This document shows, piece by piece, positions 7,746-16,160 of a stretch of 29,198 nucleotides of DNA (within the stretch, counting starts at the first letter, position 1; each line of letters opens with the position of its first letter). A program made the position numbers and the translations under genes. Origin of the DNA: Planctomycetota bacterium (GTDB lineage: Bacteria; Planctomycetota; Phycisphaerae; Phycisphaerales; SM1A02); the NCBI GenBank assembly GCA_041182645.1, contig JBEGNG010000025.1:1-29198 (forward strand). The letters are read 5' to 3'. The notes under the pieces were generated by a model. It had not been told where the DNA came from and did not search any database. It worked only from the letters and a program-made list of their open reading frames with translations.

Positions 7746-8828
7746 TCAGGCGGCCGTCAGGCGCATCATGCGTTCGGAAGCCTCGACGGCCTCGCTGAAG
7801 GTCGGAGCACATGCATCGGCCCCAACGTCCTTCCACAGGTCCGGCACGACCTGGAACGGCTGCCCCCCGACGATGATGCGGACATCACGGGCGGCCGGCG
7901 ATGCCCGCACCGCGGCAATCGTGTCGGCCAACGGACGCAGGGAGAGCGAACTGCCGATGCCCAGGGCCAGCACGTTGATCGGCCTGCCGGTCTGGGCCGC
8001 ATCGAGCATGGCGACGATCTCGTCGGCCGGCGTGTTGGCGCCCAGGCACTCGACCTTCCAGCCCGCAACCTCGAAGAGATCGGACAGCATGCGGACGCCC
8101 ATGTCGTGGTGGTCGCCGCCGACGCTCGTGGCGAGCACGCACCAAGGCTGCGAATCCCCCATGGGCACATCCATCCGCAGCTGGGCCATCATGGCCTGGG
8201 TCGCGCTGGTCACGAAGTGCTCGTCGGCGATCGATGCTTCCTGCATGTGCCACATGCGGCCGACCTCGGCCATGCTCGGGACGAGGATGCGCTCGTACAC
8301 CTGGGCGAGCGTGCGACCGGAGAGCCGGGCGCCATGCACGACATGCCAGGCTCGGTCACGGTTTCGCTCGAGCAGGTGCAGCAGATAGAGCCGCGCCGCC
8401 GTGGAATCACCGCCGGTCGCCTGCAGCAGCGAACTCGGTTGCGGGACCGGGGTGCCGACGACCGACTCGAGCGCCCGATCCACCATCCGGCACGCCACCA
8501 TCGCCTGCTTGGGGAGCTGCTCAGTGAGCACGTCGCGCAGGGCATGCATGCTCTCGACGACATCGGTGTCCTGGACCTGGCGGGACGAGAACGCCACGCG
8601 CGACCACTGGACCTGCTCCACGAGCAGTTCGACGCGCTCGAAGGCGACCGCCACCGCGAGGTGCCCGAGCCGCTGCAGCATCTCGTTCTTCCAGAGCCGC
8701 TCCGCGTCCGGGCCGTAGCGGGCCAGGACCCCGGGCACGCGCTCGAGCAGCCGTGCGGCGGCCCACCCCGCGATGGCGCGGGACACCCCATCGATGGTCT
8801 CGGCTGCCTGACGACTGGCGGGATTCAC
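7746..8828 (-). CDS. cobalamin-binding protein: N-terminal globin/phycobiliprotein-like helical domain + B12 cap + B12 Rossmann domain
   Basis: W-x9-EH motif (WHMQEASIADEH), DxHxxG (DHHDMG), LGANTP and IIVGG. The helical N-terminal 120 or so residues contain no helix-turn-helix. Confidence 0.85.
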   Translation of the reverse strand: MNPASRQAAETIDGVSRAIAGWAAARLLERVPGVLARYGPDAERLWKNEMLQRLGHLAVAVAFERVELLVEQVQWSRVAFSSRQVQDTDVVESMHALRDVLTEQLPKQAMVACRMVDRALESVVGTPVPQPSSLLQATGGDSTAARLYLLHLLERNRDRAWHVVHGARLSGRTLAQVYERILVPSMAEVGRMWHMQEASIADEHFVTSATQAMMAQLRMDVPMGDSQPWCVLATSVGGDHHDMGVRMLSDLFEVAGWKVECLGANTPADEIVAMLDAAQTGRPINVLALGIGSSLSLRPLADTIAAVRASPAARDVRIIVGGQPFQVVPDLWKDVGADACAPTFSEAVEASERMMRLTAA

Positions 8829-8886
8829 GAAGGGCGATTCGCAGGTGCGGGCCGACGGGATTCAACCCGGCGCCAGCGGGTTATCG

Positions 8887-9699
8887 TCACTCCCGCTTGC
8901 CGCCGAACATGGCGGCGAGCCGGAAGGCGAGCTTGAGCGCCTCGATGTAGACCCAGACCAGGGTGACCACCAGCCCGAACGCCAGGTACCACTCGGCGTC
9001 CCGCGGTGCACCGGCCTGCACGGCGTCATCGATCACGCGGAAGTCGACGACGAGCCAGAGCGCCGCCAGGCCGAGCACGAGCACGTTGATGCCCAGGCCG
9101 ATCAGCGCCGGCGTGCCGCCCTCGAGCGCGCTGCCGATCGAGATGAACGGCAGGGACACGCCGAACAGCGAGAGCACGAAGCCGATGAGCATGACGACCC
9201 CCAGGCCGACCGTCGCCACCGTCAGTGCCATCTGGAAGGTCTGGCCGCCGCGCAGGATGCGGGCCTTGTAGAGGCCGAGCATCGTGCCCATGAGGGCCAT
9301 GGTGATCACGAACGCCTGCAGCGCCAGGCCGCCGGCGACGGTGATGCCCTTGGACTCGAGGATCCGCTCGAGGAAGAACGTGACCGAACCGATCGTCGCG
9401 CCCTGCAGGATCGAATACACCGGGGCGACCCACCGCGCACTGGCGGGGTTGCGCCAGATGGCGAAGAAGGCGACGAAGCTGAAGATCAGCGACGCGATCA
9501 TGAAGCCCATCGCCCAGCCGGGGTTCGAATTCGTCAGCGCGTAGGACACCGCGCCTGCGATCGCGCACAGCATCGCGCACGCGCCGGTCTTGTTGATGAC
9601 GCCCTGCACGGTCGCGACGCCACCCGCGGGCTGGGCGTGCACCTTCTGGTCGAAGAGCTGGTCGGCGAAGACGGGATTGCTGGATTGGAGCTGGGTCAT
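8887..9699 (-). CDS. Bax inhibitor-1/YccA family membrane protein
   Basis: About 7 hydrophobic segments; TVQGVINKT, APVYSILQG, LALQA and C-terminal AFGLVVTLVWVYIEALKL. Confidence 0.85.
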   Translation of the reverse strand: MTQLQSSNPVFADQLFDQKVHAQPAGGVATVQGVINKTGACAMLCAIAGAVSYALTNSNPGWAMGFMIASLIFSFVAFFAIWRNPASARWVAPVYSILQGATIGSVTFFLERILESKGITVAGGLALQAFVITMALMGTMLGLYKARILRGGQTFQMALTVATVGLGVVMLIGFVLSLFGVSLPFISIGSALEGGTPALIGLGINVLVLGLAALWLVVDFRVIDDAVQAGAPRDAEWYLAFGLVVTLVWVYIEALKLAFRLAAMFGGKRE

Positions 9700-9742
9700 G
9701 GTGTGGTTCCCTGGAATGGGTGCGGAAGTCTAGGGTCGGCCG

Positions 9743-10585
9743 TCAGGACGGTCGCTGCGCCGTCTGCTCGGCCTGTCGGGCCTGCGCATAGCGCGCCAGC
9801 TGCCTGGCCAGTGTGTCGGCATGGGCCGGGTGGAAACTGAAGTCGAAGCCCAGGCCGACGTAGGTGCGCTGGCTGCTGTCGAGCCGGGTGTGGGCGAGCT
9901 TGGCGGCCACGACGATCGGCACGGGCATGGATGCACCGAGCGGGATGCGCAGCCAGAAGGTCCGGTGCCGGGCGAACACCGGCGCGGCCGTGGCGTCGAC
10001 CCGCAGGCCGACGCCGCCGGTCGCCATGTTCATGAGCTCGGCCTTCACCGGCGGCCCCACCTCGGGGCGCCGTGTGGGCTCGGCGGCGATCGTGCCGTGC
10101 TCGAGGTAGTCGCGTGCCACCGCGTCGTAGGCGACCTGCGCGTCGTGCACGCTGGCGGGGTTCAGCAGCGGGAAGACATCGATCTGTGGAGGCGTCAGGC
10201 CACCCAGTTCCAGACGGGGGTGTCGGCGCAGGCAACGCTCGACCGTGTCGGGCAGTTCGAGCCGGAGCACCCGGCCCTCCCTGCCGGGGACATCCCCCAG
10301 CTTGCGGGTGGTGAAGGTCCACCGGTTCTGGCCCAGCGTGATCACGCCGATCAGGGAAACGCCGTCGCGCAGCTGGATCGGCATGCCGACGGTCGCGGGC
10401 GATTCGACCAGCACGTCATCATCGCGCAACTCAAGCACGTGCAGGCGCCAGATCAGGTCGCTGGCATCGCGCTGTTCGGCACCCATGCCCGGCCGGGCGA
10501 TGGCGATCTCGATCGCGCCGCCGCGCTCGAAGACCTGACCCATGGTTCGCCGCCACTCCGCCGTTCGTGATCGTTGCGCAGGCAT
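9743..10585 (-). CDS. PilZ-domain / flagellar-brake (YcgR-like) protein
   Basis: N-terminal beta-rich domain, RCLRRHPR (RxxxR), NMATGGVGL (D/NxSxxG-like) and a C-terminal YVGLGFDF strand. Confidence 0.72.
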   Translation of the reverse strand: MPAQRSRTAEWRRTMGQVFERGGAIEIAIARPGMGAEQRDASDLIWRLHVLELRDDDVLVESPATVGMPIQLRDGVSLIGVITLGQNRWTFTTRKLGDVPGREGRVLRLELPDTVERCLRRHPRLELGGLTPPQIDVFPLLNPASVHDAQVAYDAVARDYLEHGTIAAEPTRRPEVGPPVKAELMNMATGGVGLRVDATAAPVFARHRTFWLRIPLGASMPVPIVVAAKLAHTRLDSSQRTYVGLGFDFSFHPAHADTLARQLARYAQARQAEQTAQRPS

Positions 10586-10608
10586 GACCCCATGCTACGC
10601 GCGGGGCA

Positions 10609-12815
10609 TCAGGGAGTTCGGATCCGGCGCAGCCTCGCCAGCGACTCGGCGGCGGCGGCGCACCGCTGCGCCGTGGCCTCGAAGCCCCCGAACCGGACCT
10701 CGTAGAAGGAGCGGATGACGCTCCGCAGGTGGCCGGCTGCCTCCGGGGAGGTCCGGTCGAGTGCCGACGCGACGGCGAGCGGCGTCATGCCGGCGACCCG
10801 CTGCACGCCGTGGCGCGCGGCCGCCCGCAGTGCATCGAGGTAGATCCGGGCCAGTTCGCGCTCGCGCGGGCCCGCCGAGCGGCCGAGCAGGCGGCTCGTA
10901 CGGCGTCGCCTCAGCTGGAGCAGCACGATGACCACGACGGACGCCAGCAGCACCATCGCGATCGAGCCCAGCCACAGTCCACCGACCAGGCCCGAGAAAG
11001 TCTCGACGAGCCGCTGCCGGACCAGTTCCGTCGCTTCGCGCACCGCGCGAACGGGGCGCGAGAGCGCTTCGCGCGTGGAGGCCATGCGTTCCACGAACTC
11101 GGATTGGGCCTGTTCATCGAAGCTCACCACGTGCCGCGTCCAGGCGAAGTTGAGTGGGTCCCAGATCCAGCGCAGGCCATCGGCCCAGCTGCGCTGCTGC
11201 GCCTGCAGCACCTCGAGCGTGGCGGGCGGCGTGCCGTCGAAGCTCGTCCATTGTGCCGGCCCGGTCCGCACCTCGACCCACGCGTGCGCATTGGACGATC
11301 GGACGATGTACTGCGACTGGGCATCGTCGTATTCGAGGGCGATGAACCCGGCGACGACCCGCGCATCGACCCCCATCGACTGGCACATGGCGCAGAGGGC
11401 ACTGGCGAAGTACTGGCAGTGCCCGAGCTTCGACGACGAGAGGAAGTTGACGATCGGATCCTCACCGCGCCGGCGCCGGATCGAACCGAGGTCGGTCGTG
11501 TACCGGAAGTCGCCCGAGAGCAGCGCCTGCTCGAGCGCCGTGGCCACGGCGCGGTTGCGGTCCCACCGTGCCGCCGGCGACGACCGGGCCTGCTCGAGCG
11601 TGGGCACCGTGCGCCCCCTGGGACCGAAGCGCTGCCAGAATGCCTGCGCGAACGGCTCGACGCCCTCGACCGGGAAGGAGGGCAGCGGCCCCGGCTCCAC
11701 GATGCCGCCTGCGAGCGCGGCCATGTCGCCCTCGGTGGGAAACGGCTTGACGCTCAGCGCGTAGCGATCGAACTCACCGATGCGGCTCGAGGCCGACTGC
11801 AGCAGCATGGTCGATGCGTCGAGCGCGACCGTCATGCCCTCGGGTGCCTGCAGGGCGATCGGCGCGAGCACGCTGAAGACCTGGTTCGTGGCGAGCCCGC
11901 GCATCTGCACGACCTGGCGCCAGACCTGCTGTCGCCGTCGATGTACCTGCGGTTGGGCTGTTGCGGCACCTGCCAGGACTGTGAGACCGGGTCGTACGCA
12001 TCGAACACCGCACCGCGCAGCCGAAGCGGCTCGACGTGCTCGCCCGCCACGCCGTCGGGGCCGATCCACCGGACGGTCATCACCTCGGTGCGTGAGTCCT
12101 CGATCCGCTCGTCCGAGGCCAGGCTCACGCGCAGCGAGAAGCCCGCGGTGCGCGTCCTGGTCCACGACTCGCCTTCGAAGCCCTGGCGCGGGAAGATGAC
12201 GAAGACGACCGCCGCGCACGCCGCCGTGATCAGGAACGACGCGGTGCCGAACACCGCCCAGCACCGCATGGGCGTGCTGCCCACCGACGGCTCGAAGGGA
12301 GCGGGCGCAGCGCCCGACGGCCGACGCGCGTCATGGCTCGCCGCGGCGCGCTCGGAACTGGCCTGGACCCACGATGCTGCGGCGCAGACGGGCATCAGCA
12401 GCGAACCGAGCACCAAGGGCAGCCCGGCCAGCACGTCCGTGCTGTCGAGCGCCGCCACGAGCAGCAGGATCCCGCCGAGCGCGAGCACGTGGCGCTCATC
12501 GGACGCCCGGTGGCGCGCGAAGAGCTTGATCACGAGCGCCATGCCGCACAGCAGACCCACCCGCTGCACATCGGGAGGCCGTCCAGCGACGAGCGCCATG
12601 GACGCTGCCGCCACCACGAGGATCGCGATGAGCCAGTGGGCCACGCGCGTCGGGAGGCGCCGCGGCCGTGCACCCTGCGCGAGCACGCCGCTGCATGCCG
12701 CGGCGACGAGCGAGAAGGCGAGGAAGACGAAGGAATCGTCCGCGAGGCAGAACGCCGAGAGCGACAGCATCGCCGACAGCAGCACGACGGCCTGCATCGC
12801 CCGCGGCATGGTCAT
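10609..12815 (-). CDS. membrane transglutaminase-like protein (TgpA-type: DUF3488 + transglutaminase core + DUF4129), with an apparent frameshift at about 11930
   Basis: N-terminal multi-TM region ending AAVVFVIFPR and LRLRGAVFDAY in one frame. GHCQYFASA (Cys), NAHAWVEV (His), FDGT (Asp) and C-terminal FYEVRFGG are in another frame. ATGA overlap with the DUF58 gene. Confidence 0.88.
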
Positions 12816-13927
12816 GACGCGCCCCCAGCGAGCGCGCAGAGCGCATCGAGCTGCGCTGCGGACTGGTGGACCGCGCCCGCCCCGCCGACCGACGCGTCGA
12901 TGCGCCCGGGATGGATCACCACCGTCGCGGCCCGTTCGTCGCCGGGCCCGGACGGGAGCGACGAGGTGCGCGGGGCATCGAGGTCCAGTCGCGCGAGTTG
13001 CACCAGGAGCCGGTCGAGGTGTCGGACGCCGCCGGCCGGCGGCATCGGCACGCAGGGAAGCCCGTGCACGCGAAGGCTGACCTCGTGACCGAGCGCGATG
13101 GCACTCGAGGCGAGGCTGGCCGCCATGGTGATGGCGTCTTCCTCGCGCTGGCGTGCATCGACGCCGGCGGGCAGGCGACCCGCGAGGCTGGCCGTGGGTT
13201 CCGCAAGGTTCAGCACGAGCCGCAGGCGCGGATAGCTCGGGCTCGACCGCTCGATCACGGCCAGTTGGTCGCGCGATGCGGAACGCCGCCAGGCGACGTC
13301 GCGCAGGCTCGTGAGTTCCGGCGCATCGCGGACGCCGAAGAACTCCTCGCCGTGTCCGGGCCGCGATGCGGCACGCATGCCGGCCGGCCCGCGGTCCAGG
13401 AGCGCGCGCAGCCGCGGCGCCGGCACCCGCACCACGCGCGGCAGCACCGTCACGGTGGCGCGCTGCACCCAGGTGACGCGCTTGCCCACGAGGCCGAACG
13501 GGAACGAGCTCTGCGCCACGACGCCACCGAGCCGGACCTCGCCGCGGCGCGTCGGCCACCAGGTGAGTTCCGCCACGCAGCGCTCGCCCGGAGCCGCGGA
13601 CACGAGCCATGCCTCGGCCGGACCCAGGGCGGACTCTCGGATCGACACGGCGAAGGCCGGCCAGATCCAGGATGCGTTGTGCACCTCGTACCGCAAGGCC
13701 AGCGGCTGGCCGACGCGTGCATCGCGCGGGACGAGCCTGCGCACGCGGAGGGCCATCATCATCGCTCCGCTCGCGAGGCCGCTCACGACGATCATGCCCA
13801 CGACGGTGCCGACCGCCCAGACGAGCAGGTTGGACGGGCGCCAGACGACGGCCAGCAGGAGCACCGGCACGGCGATGAGGAAGACGAGCCCCCCGAGTGC
13901 CGGTCGGTAGGCCAGGCGCCGCTTCAT
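12812..13927 (-). CDS. DUF58 domain-containing protein
   Basis: Two N-terminal TM segments (with NLL motif), PTRRG, SSFPFGL, GEEFFGVR, VAWRRSA and EDAITMAASL. Confidence 0.85.
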   Translation of the reverse strand: MKRRLAYRPALGGLVFLIAVPVLLLAVVWRPSNLLVWAVGTVVGMIVVSGLASGAMMMALRVRRLVPRDARVGQPLALRYEVHNASWIWPAFAVSIRESALGPAEAWLVSAAPGERCVAELTWWPTRRGEVRLGGVVAQSSFPFGLVGKRVTWVQRATVTVLPRVVRVPAPRLRALLDRGPAGMRAASRPGHGEEFFGVRDAPELTSLRDVAWRRSASRDQLAVIERSSPSYPRLRLVLNLAEPTASLAGRLPAGVDARQREEDAITMAASLASSAIALGHEVSLRVHGLPCVPMPPAGGVRHLDRLLVQLARLDLDAPRTSSLPSGPGDERAATVVIHPGRIDASVGGAGAVHQSAAQLDALCALAGGAS

Positions 13928-13964
13928 GGGTGCCGGCGCACCAGTGGGGGCGACGCTCGTGCGG

Positions 13965-15356
13965 TCACGGCGCCTGCTCCGGGAGGGACTTCGGGAGTTC
14001 ATCGCGCAGGCGGTCGATCGCCTCGAGCAGCGTCTGGCAGTCCGAGGGGCGGAACGATCCGCCGGGCAGGTCGACGCTCCAACCGCTGACGGCCTTTCGG
14101 TCGATGCGGTGGTGCGATCCCGGCTCGAGGTCGGAGCGCGTGCGCGGCCGGTCGACGAGCAGGCCATCCACACCGTCGCCGTCGAGATGGTCCACGCGGT
14201 ACCACGCCTGCTCGATGCGGTCGTCCCCGTCCGTGCCGCCGACCGGTGCCTGCACCATGAAGTGTTCCTGCGCCAGCGCGCGCCATGCCGGCGCGTCGGG
14301 CCGCGCCAACGACGCGAAGGCGGTCGCGAAGAGCGGGAAGGTGCGCTGCGCCTGCCGCGCGTTGGCGTCGACCTCGCGCTGCGCCAGGTAGAGCACGGCG
14401 TTGCCGTCCTCGATGCGCTGTGCCGCTTCCTGCGGCCAGGTCCACGCCTTGCGGTACGACCCCCGCTCATTCGGGGAACACACCGCCACCCGAGGCGACT
14501 TCACGTGGTCGATCCCGATGGCGGCGATGCGCTCGCGCCAGGCGCGGCTGCCGGCGTGCGTCTCCTCGACGAAGCGGTCGGCCTCGGCCAGCGGCACGAG
14601 CGCGACGACCATGCCGTCGCCGATCTCGACCGGCTGCCCCGGCAAGGGCAGGTCATCCTCGAGCAGGAGCGGCACGAGCGTGTCGAGCACCATCTCGGCG
14701 GCGAGCGCGTGGTCGACCGGAACCTCGAGCAGCTCCAGCTCCGGCCTGCCGATGCGGCCGAGTCCGACCGTGCAGATGGACACGTGGGTCGACGGCACGT
14801 CGGGCTGGTCGCTCACGCCCGGCAGCCGCACGATCCGCCAGAGGAGACGATCGATCGGCACGGCATCGGCGGCGAGGACCTCGCGGTCGAGCTCGGCGCG
14901 GGGCACGAACTGACCGGTCGTCACGTCGAGCACGCCGGCGGCATCGGCGATCGCGCCGGCCAGGAGGTTCATCAGCTGGAAGTACTCGTTGGGTCCCTCG
15001 TCGCCGTCGAGCTGCACCTGCAGCCGGATCACCCAGGGGCACGACGAGGCATCACCGAGCATCGCGCGCCAGGCGTCGTCGACCTCGAGCGCCCGCTCGC
15101 ACCAGAGCGCCACGGGGTTCTCCACGCCATCGATCGTGCACTCGAGCGCCCAGTTGACCTCGCCTTCGTCCAGGTCCATCTCGGATCCGACGGGCTCGGC
15201 CGACTCCATCCAGGCCGTGAGCGCCGCGAGGACCTCGGCCGCCGTCGGCGGATCCGCGTGCGGCCAGAAGGCGACGAGCTGCAGCGGCGTGGGTTCGAGT
15301 TCGGGCCACGATCCCGTCGGCATCGGGGCGTCGTCGCCGGGCTGCTGCGGTTCCAT
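13965..15356 (-). CDS. hypothetical protein, DUF4026-like N-region + DUF2314-like C-region
   Basis: TVGLGRIGRPELEL motif; C-terminal EQAWYRVDHLDGDGVDGLLVDRP...VSGW resembles DUF2314. Acidic protein. Confidence 0.65.
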   Translation of the reverse strand: MEPQQPGDDAPMPTGSWPELEPTPLQLVAFWPHADPPTAAEVLAALTAWMESAEPVGSEMDLDEGEVNWALECTIDGVENPVALWCERALEVDDAWRAMLGDASSCPWVIRLQVQLDGDEGPNEYFQLMNLLAGAIADAAGVLDVTTGQFVPRAELDREVLAADAVPIDRLLWRIVRLPGVSDQPDVPSTHVSICTVGLGRIGRPELELLEVPVDHALAAEMVLDTLVPLLLEDDLPLPGQPVEIGDGMVVALVPLAEADRFVEETHAGSRAWRERIAAIGIDHVKSPRVAVCSPNERGSYRKAWTWPQEAAQRIEDGNAVLYLAQREVDANARQAQRTFPLFATAFASLARPDAPAWRALAQEHFMVQAPVGGTDGDDRIEQAWYRVDHLDGDGVDGLLVDRPRTRSDLEPGSHHRIDRKAVSGWSVDLPGGSFRPSDCQTLLEAIDRLRDELPKSLPEQAP

Positions 15357-15392
15357 GGTGCTACGGTACACCGCATCGGCGCGAGGTCACGC

Positions 15393-16058
15393 ATGGACAC
15401 CACCACCACCCCATCAGCCGACGGCACACGATCCGCGCCCTGGCTGCTTGCCTCGATCGGCGCGGCGACGGTCATCATGCTGTTCTCGTGGTTCGGCGGG
15501 TTCGTCTCCTGGCACGAGGGCCCGTCGGGGCCGTTCGACGGTCCGCCCGTGCTCACGCTGTCGGGCTTCAAGCCGCACGGCACCCAGGCAGCCCATGCGG
15601 TGCACGCGCTCGCCGACCGCACGCTCTGCATCGGTCCGTACGACGTGGCGCCGTGGACGGCCTCGCGGGCGGCCGCGCTCGCACTCATGCTGCTGGGGAG
15701 CCTCGCTTCGATGCGCCTGGTGCTGGCGCGCCTGGTGGGGCTTGGTCCCCGAGCCGCAGCCTCGGCGACCTCGACGGCGGCCGCTCGCCTGGTGGCGTCC
15801 TGGATCGTCCCGATGGTCGTCCTCTTCCTGCTTGGTGCGGTCGCCCCGATGACCCTCTTGATGAGGATCGGCATCGTCTGGGCCGCCATCATGGCACTGG
15901 CATTCACCCCGTTGCAGGTTGCCCTGCGAGCGCATGCGGCGGGCACCGCCGGGGTGTTCGTCCCCACGCTCGTGCAGGTGCTCGCCGGGGCGGCCTGGCT
16001 GGTCGCCTCGGTGCAGGTCGCCGGCGCGCTGGTGGCCGCGCCCGCTCCCGCGCCCTGA
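15393..16058 (+). CDS. hypothetical integral membrane protein (about 5 TM)
   Basis: GAGG SD before ATG 15393; several long hydrophobic segments; fills the gap between flanking genes. Confidence 0.65.
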   Translation: MDTTTTPSADGTRSAPWLLASIGAATVIMLFSWFGGFVSWHEGPSGPFDGPPVLTLSGFKPHGTQAAHAVHALADRTLCIGPYDVAPWTASRAAALALMLLGSLASMRLVLARLVGLGPRAAASATSTAAARLVASWIVPMVVLFLLGAVAPMTLLMRIGIVWAAIMALAFTPLQVALRAHAAGTAGVFVPTLVQVLAGAAWLVASVQVAGALVAAPAPAP

Positions 16059-16160
16059 AGAGGATCCATTGCGCGAACCCGCGGGCGCCCGCGCGCGTCC
16101 GAGTCGGCCGGGGCGTACAGTTCCGCTCGCCTCGACCACCTTCACCACCAGGAGAACACC

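Noticed and set aside
8820-8886. Three GATTC copies upstream of the B12-binding gene as a CarH-like operator, or a cobalamin riboswitch
   Set aside because: Spacing is irregular (14 and 23 nt, not 11-bp tandem), the protein has no DNA-binding domain, and the gap is too short and lacks B12-box motifs.
10729-13080. 783-aa plus-strand ORF; likewise 23175-26009 (944 aa), 18312-20576 (754 aa), 20273-22063, 15414-17348, 6285-7676 and 1360-2322
   Set aside because: These are antisense shadow ORFs of real genes. Stop codons are rare at this GC content, and the translations are Arg/Ala/Gly-rich with no family motifs.
16080-16093. Perfect 14-bp palindrome CGCGGGCGCCCGCG upstream of the ClpP-like gene -10 (TACAGT 16116-16121)
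   Set aside because: It is all G/C, likely by chance at this composition, and has no second copy in the window.
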